From: a virus
Taxonomy: Duplodnaviria > Caudoviricetes
DNA length: 24,771 bases
IMG/VR virus record: IMGVR_UViG_3300027637_000004
Coordinates: 1-24,771 of that record
Strand: one strand, 5' to 3'
Shown here: one piece after another, positions 24,770-24,771 of the stretch
How positions within the stretch are numbered: the first letter of the stretch is position 1
How the letters are laid out: each line of letters starts with the position of its first letter
Program-made: the position numbers and the translations under genes
The notes under the pieces: generated by a model
Database searches by the model: none
Told to the model about the DNA's origin: nothing
The model's input: only the letters and a program-made list of their open reading frames with translations

Positions 24770-24771
24770 CT

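Noticed and set aside
1-24771. CRISPR array, integrase/att site, IS element, intron/intein, or diversity-generating retroelement
   Set aside because: No repeat-spacer array, recombinase, transposase, reverse transcriptase, splice motif or long repeat pair was noticed by eye.

Overview
The window is the virion-structure arm of a GC-rich actinobacterial siphovirus or prophage, almost all on the minus strand. Reading from 24771 leftwards: terminase large subunit (5'-truncated); a terminator-bounded, divergently promoted island of five small genes; a lysis cassette (M15-like endolysin with a PG-binding domain plus three membrane proteins); portal; MuF/prohead-protease fusion; a small MGCNCG protein; major capsid protein with N-terminal scaffold; a second, pentamer-type capsid protein; major tail protein; a four-gene glycosyltransferase/methyltransferase cassette; a fibre-like protein; head-tail connectors; tail assembly chaperones with a -1 frameshift; tape measure; and three tail-tip proteins, the last running off the left edge. 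The head and neck genes resemble the mycobacteriophage cluster B (Rosebush-like) module. Most notable: a probable methylated-glycan virion-decoration cassette, a major tail gene whose only plausible start is ATT, and the accessory island, which has Zn-finger mini-proteins, a degenerate HNH and a tRNA-like RNA lacking an anticodon arm. All family calls come from motif recognition by eye; no database searches were run.
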